This document shows, piece by piece, positions 24,184 through 33,357 of a stretch of DNA of 64,000 bases. Origin of the DNA: a virus; the IMG/VR virus record IMGVR_UViG_3300045988_174937; one strand, written 5' to 3'. The notes beneath the pieces are model-generated. The model did not search any database. It was not told the origin of the DNA and worked only from the letters and a program-made list of their open reading frames with translations. Both the position numbers and the translations under genes were made by a program. Numbering within the stretch: the stretch's first letter is position 1; each line of letters begins with the position of its first letter.

Positions 24184-25011
24184 ATGGAAACTACACAAGA
24201 CATCAACTCCATCCTTTCGAAACTGAAGAAACTGCAGCGGCTTTACGAAGGAGCAAAAGCTATCAATTCCGAGGCTGAGGCCGCTAACGCCGCCGCTAAA
24301 ATTCAGAACCTCCTCACCCAGTACAACCTTTCGATGGCCGATTTGGACTCGGTAGCCGATGACTCACAGAAAAGTAGCGTGACGGAGGACCAATTGGATG
24401 ACCGTTGGTCACGTAAGACTGGCGGCGCATGGGACCAACTCCTGTTGTATGGAATTTGTAAGTACAATTTCTGCTACACAATAGTCAGCCAAAAACATAC
24501 GAGCCGAATTACAAGCGGCGGCAGGCTTGTTTACGAGGTGCGTCGTAAATTCATCGTAATTGGCGAGCAACAGAACATCGAGGTTGTTAAGTGGCTATTC
24601 GCCGTATTATCTCGGCAATTGTACGAACTCTCCAAGAAGCGTTACAAGGAGTATTTGGCCGACGATTCACAGGCGTTGATTCGGTCGTTTACGGGCGAAA
24701 AGCGCATGTCTCCAGCCAAGTTCCATCGTTCGTATCTGGCGGGAGCGGCCAAAGGTGTTCAGGACCGCCTCAAGGAGGAGCGTGACCGCGAACTCCAGGC
24801 TCAAGTGCAGGTCAACGCGCTGGTGCTTCGTACGGACCAGAAATTGAACGATTACGTGGCCGAGAATTACAAGGACTTACGCTCGTCGCGTCCGATGCAT
24901 ATAGGCAGTGGCCACGCTATGGCGATGGGGCGTGAAGATGGCCGCAAGGTTAATATAACCCGCGGCGGTATCGCTGTTTCGAATACCAACCCTAACCAGA
25001 TAGCGCAATGA
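24184..25011 (+). CDS. DUF2786-like domain protein
   Basis: The N-terminal ILSKLKKLQRLYEGAKAINSEAEAANAAAKIQNLLTQYNLS matches the KI.KLLALAES..NE.EA..A...A..L pattern of DUF2786 phage/plasmid proteins. Confidence 0.5.
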   Translation: METTQDINSILSKLKKLQRLYEGAKAINSEAEAANAAAKIQNLLTQYNLSMADLDSVADDSQKSSVTEDQLDDRWSRKTGGAWDQLLLYGICKYNFCYTIVSQKHTSRITSGGRLVYEVRRKFIVIGEQQNIEVVKWLFAVLSRQLYELSKKRYKEYLADDSQALIRSFTGEKRMSPAKFHRSYLAGAAKGVQDRLKEERDRELQAQVQVNALVLRTDQKLNDYVAENYKDLRSSRPMHIGSGHAMAMGREDGRKVNITRGGIAVSNTNPNQIAQ

Positions 25012-26000
25012 AAATAAACCTCGTATTTGACGGGAATTTCCTGTACCATCTGTCGTTCTCGATATTTTCGACGTACTACCGCAACGAAGACCTCTGTGAG
25101 GTCTTGGACGACCGCGAAAAGCGCCAGGTTCTGATACGTAAATGCGTGATGAACCTGTGCGCCGCGGTACGGCGATTTGGTGATGACGTAAACCGCGTGG
25201 TGGTAGTCATCGACTCCCACTCGTGGCGACGCGAGGTGTACGACGACTACAAGTACGCCCTCACGCGGGTGAAGGAACCGTGGAGCGACGCATTTGTAGA
25301 GGTCCTGGGTGAATTTGAAGCGTTATTGCGTAAACGCGGGTTAATCGTTACCCGCGTACCGGGTGCTGAGGGTGACGACCTGATGATGTTGTGGGCTTTC
25401 GCACTGGACGAACTCCCCGACGAAGAAACCGTAATACTCACAGCCGATAGCGATATTCGCCAGTTGATAACGCCAACGATTTCGGTCTTCAACTACAACT
25501 CCAAGTTCATGAAATTCTACGTCTTTCCGGGGAAAGATGGTTTTTGGAACGAACGCTTGGATGCCGATATCCAGGTCCTCACAACCGAGGCGCTGGAGGT
25601 CTTGCTGTATAAGGTGCTGATGGGGGATAAGTCGGATAATATCCCCAAGGTACGGCGCGGATTTGGTGATAAGGCGTTCAACCGTTTTATCGACGCGTTG
25701 AAGGGGGAACTGAACGGGCGTCTGCCGTCACCGACTGTATTCCAGGAGTACAGTTATACGAAGATGGCGTTGTGGATTCAATCCAAGTTCGAGAAATTTC
25801 TGGGTGCGCCGCTGAGTACCGAAGAAATTGGGCAAATTCTGTTCAACGTCAAGTTGACTTGGCTGTCGCCGTCGGTTTACGGCCCACGTCAGGAAGAACT
25901 GTTAATAGCGATGGCCGAGGAAATAGCCAACACGAAGGATTCGTACAACTATAAAAAGGCGTACACGCTTGAAGACTTCTACGGAATGTTAATAAAGTGA
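25008..26000 (+). CDS. 5'-3' exonuclease / flap endonuclease (PIN-FEN family)
   Basis: Acidic clusters LVFDGNF, VVVIDSHSWRREVYDDYK, GAEGDDLM and TADSDIRQL, plus an H3TH-like MGDKSDNIPKV. Confidence 0.75.
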   Translation: MKINLVFDGNFLYHLSFSIFSTYYRNEDLCEVLDDREKRQVLIRKCVMNLCAAVRRFGDDVNRVVVVIDSHSWRREVYDDYKYALTRVKEPWSDAFVEVLGEFEALLRKRGLIVTRVPGAEGDDLMMLWAFALDELPDEETVILTADSDIRQLITPTISVFNYNSKFMKFYVFPGKDGFWNERLDADIQVLTTEALEVLLYKVLMGDKSDNIPKVRRGFGDKAFNRFIDALKGELNGRLPSPTVFQEYSYTKMALWIQSKFEKFLGAPLSTEEIGQILFNVKLTWLSPSVYGPRQEELLIAMAEEIANTKDSYNYKKAYTLEDFYGMLIK

Positions 26001-26020
26001 TTAACCAAAGATAAGACGCT

Positions 26021-26221
26021 ATGAAAAAGTGGATGTGGATTCTGATTATCGCGGTGGTCTTGACGATTGCTGCGGTAGTTTACGCCCATGAGGCGAAGAT
26101 TATCCACACGCTGGTGGCTATCCTCTCGTTTGTGGCGGGAGTGGTGGCTCACTGGGCGTGGGGCAAATACGTGGCCGCCAAGGCCGTTAAACAGGTAAGT
26201 GGCGATGGAAAACATTCGTGA
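26021..26221 (+). CDS. Small membrane protein
   Basis: Two hydrophobic helices (WMWILIIAVVLTIAAVVYA, LVAILSFVAGVVAHWAW). Confidence 0.6.
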   Translation: MKKWMWILIIAVVLTIAAVVYAHEAKIIHTLVAILSFVAGVVAHWAWGKYVAAKAVKQVSGDGKHS

Positions 26222-26879
26222 CATCATCCTCGGTGCTCGGGCTGAACGCCAGGAGCACATGCTGAAAGGATTCGCCCCGGTGGCCGACGAAACCGAGAGC
26301 GACAAGGTTGAAAAGGGCGATAACGTCTTCGAGAAGATGGCCGACGCCATCGAGAAGTCGTGTTCCGACGACGCCGAAGAAGCCCTCCAGGCCGAAATCG
26401 AAAAGTCGGACATCATGAACGCCATCAGCGGTTACGATTCCAACATCAAGTTCGGTAAACTGGGTAAGGAAATCAAGGCCAAACTCAAGGCCGATGTCCT
26501 TCCGTCGCTTAACGCCAAACTGCAGGTACTCTCGGCTGAAATCGAGAGCAAACTTGAGGATTGTGGCGGCGTACCTACCGAAAGCGTTCCCGCGTGGTGG
26601 ACATCCGAAATCAAGATGGAATTGCCGTTCCGTATCTTCAGCTGGAAAGACCGCGATTGCAGTCCCGGTCCTCAACTGGCTGGCACGCTTGTCGGTGAGG
26701 AAAAGGAGAACCCGGTTACTCCCGAAATGTGCCGTTGCCGCGAGGAGTACAACGAAAAGGTACGCGAATACGCCAATGTGGCTACTGACGTCAAGGCGTG
26801 TGAAATCCTCGAGACCAATCTTTCCGACAACGAACGCTACCAGCTGTCACCTCGTCAGCTGACGGTGTTCGGGTTTTAG
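26199..26879 (+). CDS. Hypothetical acidic protein
   Basis: 226-aa ORF overlapping the previous gene by 23 nt. Confidence 0.65.
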   Translation: MAMENIRDIILGARAERQEHMLKGFAPVADETESDKVEKGDNVFEKMADAIEKSCSDDAEEALQAEIEKSDIMNAISGYDSNIKFGKLGKEIKAKLKADVLPSLNAKLQVLSAEIESKLEDCGGVPTESVPAWWTSEIKMELPFRIFSWKDRDCSPGPQLAGTLVGEEKENPVTPEMCRCREEYNEKVREYANVATDVKACEILETNLSDNERYQLSPRQLTVFGF

Positions 26880-26919
26880 TTTCTTTTCTGTTTCCATTTT
26901 GTTAGGTAGTTAGGACAGC

Positions 26920-26957
26920 GGCCCCGATTCGTAAGCGTTTCGGGGCCAAAGTTTTTA
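26920..26957 (+). terminator. Rho-independent terminator
   Basis: GGCCCCGA (26920-26927) pairs with TCGGGGCC (26940-26947), followed by AAAGTTTTTAA. Confidence 0.65.
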
Positions 26958-26962
26958 ACCGT

Positions 26963-27277
26963 ATGAACGCATGGAGATATTTCAAAATAGGTGACATCGT
27001 GACGGACCCCGAGGTGTGGGGCCGGACGACTTTTGTAATACGCTCGTTTCACGGCAACGACTACTGCCCATTAATCGCTGCAGAGTCCCTGAAACCAATC
27101 CGCGGTAAACGCATAAGGGTAAACCTCGGCGTACCTGAAACGCGACTTGTAAACGCCCCAAAACGTCCGTTGATGAAGATTGCGGATGATACGTTACGGA
27201 GGTTGGTCGGAAAAAGCACGGAAGCACGGCGTGAATTGTTAATTAGAACTTATCGTAAGCAAAATGGCGACATTTGA
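26963..27277 (+). CDS. Hypothetical protein
   Basis: 104-aa ORF. Confidence 0.6.
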   Translation: MNAWRYFKIGDIVTDPEVWGRTTFVIRSFHGNDYCPLIAAESLKPIRGKRIRVNLGVPETRLVNAPKRPLMKIADDTLRRLVGKSTEARRELLIRTYRKQNGDI

Positions 27278-28274
27278 CCATTACCCCTGGGCTGATAAAC
27301 TACCTGCTGCCACACTTGACGTCAGCGAGGAGCACTATCACGATTTCTTCCGGACTATGTTTGAGCGTCAGATGATATGGAAGCGGCGGTTCCTGGACCA
27401 GAAGCCGCGTCCGTGGACTGATGACCCCATATTACGCGACTACAAATTCACCAACGTATATCGCGAACTGGACCGTAATTCACAGTGGCAGATACGCAAC
27501 ATCCTCCTGGACGACGAACTGACGTTGACGAATATGGTATGGAAGATGATGGTGTTCCGGTATTTCAACAATCCCCCGACGTTTGAATACGCACGTGAAA
27601 AGTACGGCTGGGGTGCAGGTATTCCGGATTACAACCAGTACGACGAGAAGACTTTTGCTGAAATGGTAGCGTCGTATCGGTTGTCGGGGCATAACCCCTT
27701 CACTACGGCTTATCTTATCAACTCGATGGCTGCGCCCGGTAAGACACGCGATGAATGTTACACAGGAACGGTCGTTCCTACGTTACATCGCCGTTTGTAT
27801 GAGCTGATGCGCGTTGTATTAACGGCAAAAACCCCTGAGGACATTATTCAGTTCCTAAGAACACTTCCAGCGTCAGCGGCGTTTATCGCTCATGAGTTCT
27901 ATCAGGATTTCACCTATATACCGCGCTACACTTATCGTCGTTTTATGCGCTTTACCCAGGATGACTACACTAACGTGGGTCCAGGTGCATCAACAGGATT
28001 ACGTTTGATATTTCCATCACTAAAATGTCAAGTAGATGGTATATATCGCCTGCGCGACGAAGCCGCAAAAGCGTTGTCTGTTTATGGAGATTTCCCTTAT
28101 CTGCACTGGCACAAACTGGAGAACGGGTACTACACTACACCGAATGGCGAATTAACGCTTCACCAAGTAGAGATGTGGTTGTGTGAGTATCAAAAGTATT
28201 GGAAAGTCAAAATCGGCCAAGGAAAGCAGCGGAGCCTTTTCCAGCCGCATACAAAAAGTGATGCATTTCAATGA
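27264..28274 (+). CDS. Candidate aGPT-Pplase-like (amino-acid:DNA transferase family) DNA base hypermodification enzyme
   Basis: The N-terminal ERQMIWKRRFLDQKPRPWTDDPILRDYKFTNVYRELDRNSQW matches my recollection of the PWT.D.IL...F.NVYRE.DR signature of this all-alpha family. Not verified by search. GC is lower than the flanks. Confidence 0.4.
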   Translation: MATFDHYPWADKLPAATLDVSEEHYHDFFRTMFERQMIWKRRFLDQKPRPWTDDPILRDYKFTNVYRELDRNSQWQIRNILLDDELTLTNMVWKMMVFRYFNNPPTFEYAREKYGWGAGIPDYNQYDEKTFAEMVASYRLSGHNPFTTAYLINSMAAPGKTRDECYTGTVVPTLHRRLYELMRVVLTAKTPEDIIQFLRTLPASAAFIAHEFYQDFTYIPRYTYRRFMRFTQDDYTNVGPGASTGLRLIFPSLKCQVDGIYRLRDEAAKALSVYGDFPYLHWHKLENGYYTTPNGELTLHQVEMWLCEYQKYWKVKIGQGKQRSLFQPHTKSDAFQ

Positions 28275-28594
28275 TAACGTTCCATCGACCAATAGAGGTG
28301 AAAGAATTCATGGGTATTGATTTTCAGTCTTTGGCTGAAGACCTTACTACGAGTGCCGCTAAACTTTGTGTTATAGGCACTTTTATTACTCCAATGACCG
28401 TTGATGAGGTTAAGATATTCAAACGGTTGTTGGAGTATATTCGTTTTGATGGCGAGTGGCAGGGAGCCTATGATGACCAGACCGATTATTACTACTGGAA
28501 TGGCCGAACGATTGTTATTTGGGGCGATATCGCAAACCAGGCGTTGATTTTGCAGCGCAATCAACGAAACGACGTTTTGGCATTCTTCCCCTAA
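28271..28594 (+). CDS. Hypothetical protein
   Basis: 107-aa AT-richer ORF with an ATGA overlap. Confidence 0.55.
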   Translation: MITFHRPIEVKEFMGIDFQSLAEDLTTSAAKLCVIGTFITPMTVDEVKIFKRLLEYIRFDGEWQGAYDDQTDYYYWNGRTIVIWGDIANQALILQRNQRNDVLAFFP

Positions 28595-28615
28595 CACCAA
28601 TTATAGCAAAGCAAA

Positions 28616-30397
28616 TTGGATAATATCATGCTCGGCATAAAAGAAAGACTCGAAATGGTGGACCGCGCTCAGCAGACATTAGCAGTACGCAAGTCGTTAC
28701 TGCTGGAAAGTGCTATGCGCAGCGATAATCCGTCCGACATAATCAAAGCCGCCCAAATATTCAACCAGCAATCTAAGCCTGGAAATTCGGCTCCGCGGGC
28801 GTACTTGATTGACCCCCTGGAGTTCAACTCATTTTTGGGATATAAGGATAAGCCGTTTTCGCTTTCGTACGAAACGTTGCGCCGGATGAGCCGTACCCCC
28901 ATCATCAACTCGATTATCAAGACCCGTAAGAACCAGATAGCCGACTTCGCTGAACCGCAGGCCGACCGCTATTCGACGGGTTTTGTTATTCGGCGTAAAC
29001 CCAAGTTCGGCCAGGAGCAGAAGATGGACACGCAGGACCGCAAAATTGCGTCTTCCATCACCGACTTCATCCTCAACTGTGGTGATACCGCTACATGGGG
29101 CGGCGACGAGTTTGACGAGTTCATCCGTAAGATTGTGGACGACTCGCTGACGTTCGACCAGATGACGTTTGAGTGTATTCGTAACCGCCGCGGCAAACTG
29201 GTCCGCTTCCAGGCGGTTGATGCCGCTACGTTCCGTCTGGCGGAATCGTATTTCGACGGCGAGTACAACAACCCCTACTTTGAGGGAGCGATGATGGACG
29301 ACCGCCAGAACTGGGGACCCAAGGTCGATGGCTATTATCCGGCCTACGTCCAGGTGTACCAAACGGCCAAGGTAGCGCAGTTCTACCCCTGGGAGTTGTG
29401 CTTCGGCATCCGCAACCCAACCACGTCGATTTACGCCAATGGGTACGGAAACTCGGAGTTGGAAGAATTAATCAACGTCGTAACATCGATGCTTTGGGGC
29501 GACGAGTACAACCGCCGCTTCTTCTCGCAGGGTTCGGCCCCGAAAGGTCTTCTGCGTATCAAAGGTAACGTGAACGAGGCTTCGTTACAGCAGTTCAAGC
29601 AGCAGTGGCAAGCCATGATATCGGGCGTTATGCAGTCGTGGAAGACGCCCGTCGTTGAGGGTGATATCGACTGGGTTGACCTCCAGAAGAACAACCGCGA
29701 TATGGAGTACAACTCGTGGATGGAATACCTGATTAAAATCGCCTGTGCGGTGTTCTGTATCGACCCTACAGAAATCGGCTGGGATATTTCGCGTTCCAAC
29801 GGAAGCGGCCTAACGTTCGGCGACGGCCAAAAGCAGCGCATGGAGCAGTCGAAGGACAAGGGCCTTTACCCGATGCTGAAATTCATCCAGCGTAAGGTTA
29901 ACAAGTTCATCGTCGAGCAAATCAACCCCGACTTCGAATTCGTATTCATGGGCCTCAACGGAATGACCATTTCTGAGGAGCTGGATATGGACATCAAACG
30001 CCTCCAGGCTTTCCAGACCGTGGATGAAATTCGCGAGAAATGGGACCTCCCGGCTATCGGCGAAGAAAAGGGCGGCGATACTATCGAAAACTCCGTTATT
30101 CAGCAAGCCATCAGCGCCAAACAGCAACAACAGCAACAGGCCGCGATGGGCGGTATGGGCATGGGCGGAGGCAATCCGTTCGAAGAGGCCGCGGGTATGG
30201 GTATGGAGGGCGGAGGCCCCGCTGACCAGCCTGTGGCCGGAGGCGACGGCGAAGAAGACGCCGCCGCTCAGCCGGGAAACCCGTTCGACCTTTACGCCGA
30301 GGGTGACCAAGAAGAAACCATGAAGGCACGCGAGTCTAACCCCCTCGTGGCTGCATTCGACGAATACTTACAAAAAGCAATACACCATGACGAGTAA
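28616..30397 (+). CDS. Portal protein
   Basis: 593 aa. The core ...GYGNSELEELINVVTSMLWGDEYNRRFFSQGSAPKGLLRIKGNV..LQQFKQQW is portal-like. Q/G/M-rich acidic C-terminal tail. TTG at 28616 or ATG at 28628. Confidence 0.7.
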   Translation: MDNIMLGIKERLEMVDRAQQTLAVRKSLLLESAMRSDNPSDIIKAAQIFNQQSKPGNSAPRAYLIDPLEFNSFLGYKDKPFSLSYETLRRMSRTPIINSIIKTRKNQIADFAEPQADRYSTGFVIRRKPKFGQEQKMDTQDRKIASSITDFILNCGDTATWGGDEFDEFIRKIVDDSLTFDQMTFECIRNRRGKLVRFQAVDAATFRLAESYFDGEYNNPYFEGAMMDDRQNWGPKVDGYYPAYVQVYQTAKVAQFYPWELCFGIRNPTTSIYANGYGNSELEELINVVTSMLWGDEYNRRFFSQGSAPKGLLRIKGNVNEASLQQFKQQWQAMISGVMQSWKTPVVEGDIDWVDLQKNNRDMEYNSWMEYLIKIACAVFCIDPTEIGWDISRSNGSGLTFGDGQKQRMEQSKDKGLYPMLKFIQRKVNKFIVEQINPDFEFVFMGLNGMTISEELDMDIKRLQAFQTVDEIREKWDLPAIGEEKGGDTIENSVIQQAISAKQQQQQQAAMGGMGMGGGNPFEEAAGMGMEGGGPADQPVAGGDGEEDAAAQPGNPFDLYAEGDQEETMKARESNPLVAAFDEYLQKAIHHDE

Positions 30398-30644
30398 CGA
30401 GAAAAACACCGCGCCTATTGTCCAGTTGCTGGCTGACGCTATGCCGAAACCGATTGTTGACGCCTCGGGTGGCGACGTTATCTACCGCGGCTACGCGCCT
30501 ATCGGTACGGGTCAAGGCGAGGCCGGGTGGCGCATCGAACGGGAAACCACCGCCGACGGTATCACCATCACCGAGTATCCCCAGGGGGATATGAGTTACA
30601 ATTTCGTGTGGGACGACCGCAAGACCTACGTATATTCACGCTAA
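30387..30644 (+). CDS. Hypothetical small virion-module protein
   Basis: 85-aa ORF (…GWRIERETTADGITITEYPQGDMSYNFVWDDRKTYVYSR). Confidence 0.6.
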   Translation: MTSNEKNTAPIVQLLADAMPKPIVDASGGDVIYRGYAPIGTGQGEAGWRIERETTADGITITEYPQGDMSYNFVWDDRKTYVYSR

Positions 30645-30655
30645 CAAAGTTCAAA

Positions 30656-32293
30656 ATGGCAACTATTGACGTCGGAACTGTAGCAGGTATTTCCATCGGC
30701 ACGACGCCTCCGTCGAACCCGGCGATTATCTGGTACGATACTACCGACAAACTCCACAAAAGTTACGATGCCTCGCTCGGGCAGTGGGTTCCGATGTCGC
30801 AGGCAATTGTGACCCAGATAAACGACTTCAACGACCTTATCAATAAGGCCAATCTCCCCGGCGGTTTACCTATCGCGGCGTTCTACAACGTCCTGAAGCG
30901 TGACTCCGACCCGTTCTGGAGCACCATGGTGTGGGTAGTAGGCCAAACACGTATTCAGTACGTCGATAAGCAAAACAACATCATCGTCGAAGACCTCGCG
31001 GGTCAGGGTACGACCACGCAATACGTTGCTTCGACGAACTATTTCTTCGATAATATCGTGGCGACTTTCGACCAGAAGACGTCACAACTCAATTTCGATT
31101 TTCAACAGTTGGCTGATAACCCGGCATTGGCCGACGTGTTGTACGGTATGCGGGTTGTTAATGATAACCCCACGCTGGTTAAGCGCACTGTGAAGTCGTT
31201 ACTTTCGACGTCACCCAAGAACTCGTTAGGATTCGTAAACGGTTTGTTCTTTGACTTTGGCGCGGCGATGAGCGGCATTATCGTTTCCGAGCAAGCCAAC
31301 GATACCCAGGTAGTCGGGTACAAGCAGTACACGGCCGATTATGCCGCGATGGATAAAACATTCCAGGAGGTTCAGAGAATCATCAACGACTGGCAAAACG
31401 GCTCGCAACAGATGATCTTCAGCGCCCGGCTGATTGAGGTGAATCCTGTTACGGCTACTATTGCCGCACCGCAAGACCTTACTACGACCGACGATTTGAA
31501 AATGGCGCTCAACAAGATTCAAGGCTGGTACAACCGCTTGAAACTGGCTACCGGAATGAGCCTGTCGTCGGCGTATAAAGCTGATCCCGCCACCAAGGGT
31601 GTTATGCCTGCTGGCGGCGATCCTGTTGAAAAAGCCATCGCGCTGCTTCACCAAGCCATTTTGGATGTCGATTTTTCGCAGTACGGCGATTCCAGTAACA
31701 TCAAGATAGGCGGTTCACAAGACGACTTCCCTGACATACCTTATATGTCTTTTATCGACGTTGAAGGTTCGGTTCGTCAAGCGTTTGAGGTAGTGTGGAG
31801 TGCGTTGGGTAATATCATTACGGGTGACGATACTGGCGAAATACTGAAGAAACTCGTTGTTTCGTCTTCCATATTCGAGCGCAACGTGCTGAAAAGCCAC
31901 TTGGCCAGAGGTATTGTTGGCGGCTTCGACGATTACAGCATTCTGTCTGGCGGCAGTACTTACAACGTCGAGTTGGGGAAGCGCTATTTTTACACTTTGA
32001 ATGCGTCGGAAATTTCTTCATCGACTTGGACTCTTAATTTGGGTACGCTTACCAACCCGTCGGCGTTGGAGGCATACACACAAGAAAGTGTCGGCGGAAC
32101 TATCGAAGTGCTCGTCTATTGTAATGTCGCTAACGGCCAGACTCTGCGTGTTGTTGACGGTAATGGCATTAAGGCGAATTACAATATGTCGCAAAAGGGG
32201 TATTATCTTCTCACGGCTTGGGCTACGCAGTTTATATCCCGAAGCAGTCTTGGTTTTGAGTGTTTCATCACGCGGCCGGAATATTTAGGATAG
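30656..32293 (+). CDS. Fibre-like virion structural protein
   Basis: ATG at 30656 (MATIDVGTVAGISIGTTPPSNPAIIWYDTTDKLHKSYD..). The P..N..IIWYDT N-terminus is typical of phage fibre/whisker proteins. The ORF-track start 30527 overlaps the previous gene. Confidence 0.5.
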   Translation: MATIDVGTVAGISIGTTPPSNPAIIWYDTTDKLHKSYDASLGQWVPMSQAIVTQINDFNDLINKANLPGGLPIAAFYNVLKRDSDPFWSTMVWVVGQTRIQYVDKQNNIIVEDLAGQGTTTQYVASTNYFFDNIVATFDQKTSQLNFDFQQLADNPALADVLYGMRVVNDNPTLVKRTVKSLLSTSPKNSLGFVNGLFFDFGAAMSGIIVSEQANDTQVVGYKQYTADYAAMDKTFQEVQRIINDWQNGSQQMIFSARLIEVNPVTATIAAPQDLTTTDDLKMALNKIQGWYNRLKLATGMSLSSAYKADPATKGVMPAGGDPVEKAIALLHQAILDVDFSQYGDSSNIKIGGSQDDFPDIPYMSFIDVEGSVRQAFEVVWSALGNIITGDDTGEILKKLVVSSSIFERNVLKSHLARGIVGGFDDYSILSGGSTYNVELGKRYFYTLNASEISSSTWTLNLGTLTNPSALEAYTQESVGGTIEVLVYCNVANGQTLRVVDGNGIKANYNMSQKGYYLLTAWATQFISRSSLGFECFITRPEYLG

Positions 32294-32294
32294 T

Positions 32295-32864
32295 ATGTGT
32301 AAGGTGGTCTATTTAACATCGCGGCGTTTTAACGCTGAAGCACGGCGCTTCATCCAAGCGCTGGCTGAAGAATTACGTCGCCGACGTATCGAAGTGGTGG
32401 TTGGCAACGCTTACGATGTTTGGAACTACTTCAGACCCCATCGAACTTATGGTATCGCGTTGGCGATTGACTTTTTCACCGACCGTAAGGACGGTTGCAG
32501 TTTAACACTAAACCAGGTTTGTCCGGCGTTGACGCGCGACTTCGCCTACAACCTTTCAAACCACTATGACCTCTTAACGCCTCAAATCCGTTGGCGGTCG
32601 TTCTCGTTTGTTGATTCGTACGATCCTCAGTGGTATCGTTTCTTCAATCGTGTAAGTGCCGAGGTGAAACTCATTATCTACCCGGCTACGCTTACCAACG
32701 AGGGAGACATGGATGCTTACAAAAGCGCTCAGCCCGATATTATAAAGGCGTTCGCTGACGAAATATTGAGGTGTCTTCGCTCTAATTACGATTCCCACGC
32801 GTATGCCCGTTCCGCTAAGGCCGCGCGCATACGTATTAACGAAAGAATGAAACGCAATGGCTGA
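32295..32864 (+). CDS. Amidase_3-like fold protein, apparently lacking canonical zinc ligands (tentative)
   Basis: The topology matches MurNAc-L-Ala amidases (..ALAIDFF.., ..VKLIIYPATLTNEGDMDAY.., ..IIKAFADEILRCL), but the N-terminal HGG and the SiH.N motifs are not conserved. Confidence 0.3.
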   Translation: MCKVVYLTSRRFNAEARRFIQALAEELRRRRIEVVVGNAYDVWNYFRPHRTYGIALAIDFFTDRKDGCSLTLNQVCPALTRDFAYNLSNHYDLLTPQIRWRSFSFVDSYDPQWYRFFNRVSAEVKLIIYPATLTNEGDMDAYKSAQPDIIKAFADEILRCLRSNYDSHAYARSAKAARIRINERMKRNG

Positions 32865-33357
32865 CGGACTTTTCATGACCACCATCTTCCCTGTAATTTC
32901 GCTTCTATTCGGGGCGGGCGGTATTGGCTACGCCATTGTGGCGCGTATGTTGGACCGTAAGAAATACGCCCAAGAGGTGCGGTGTAGCCAGGCCGACGCC
33001 GACCTGAAAGGCGAGGAGTTTTGGAAAGGGAGATATGATACCTTAATGACGGAACTCGACAAGAAGGAATCGTGGTGGAAGGAACGGTATGATAACCTGT
33101 ACCAGGAGGTTCAAAACGAACGTAAGTTGTCTAACGAGATGATGACTAACTTTCGCAATGAACTCAACAAGATTCGCGAGGAATACGAGGCGCAACGCCA
33201 GGCAGACCGTGATAAGTACAACCGCCTGATGGAAGAGTTCCGCGCTCAGGAGTATGCAGCTAACCAGGCGGCCGAAGATTACAAGAAGCGCATCAACGAA
33301 CTCGAAGCGTCCATAGTGGCTTACGAGGATATGATTAAAAGCGGCAAAAGGTCATGA
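32857..33357 (+). CDS. N-terminally anchored coiled-coil membrane protein (holin/i-spanin-like)
   Basis: TM helix IFPVISLLFGAGGIGYAIVA, then ~130 aa of charged heptad-like sequence. Confidence 0.4.
   Translation: MADGLFMTTIFPVISLLFGAGGIGYAIVARMLDRKKYAQEVRCSQADADLKGEEFWKGRYDTLMTELDKKESWWKERYDNLYQEVQNERKLSNEMMTNFRNELNKIREEYEAQRQADRDKYNRLMEEFRAQEYAANQAAEDYKKRINELEASIVAYEDMIKSGKRS

Noticed and set aside
30527-30655. ORF-track start at 30527 for the fibre-like protein
   Set aside because: It would overlap the preceding 85-aa gene by 118 nt and add a His/Arg-rich junk-like N-terminus. ATG 30656, 12 nt after the previous stop, gives a typical fibre N-terminus.
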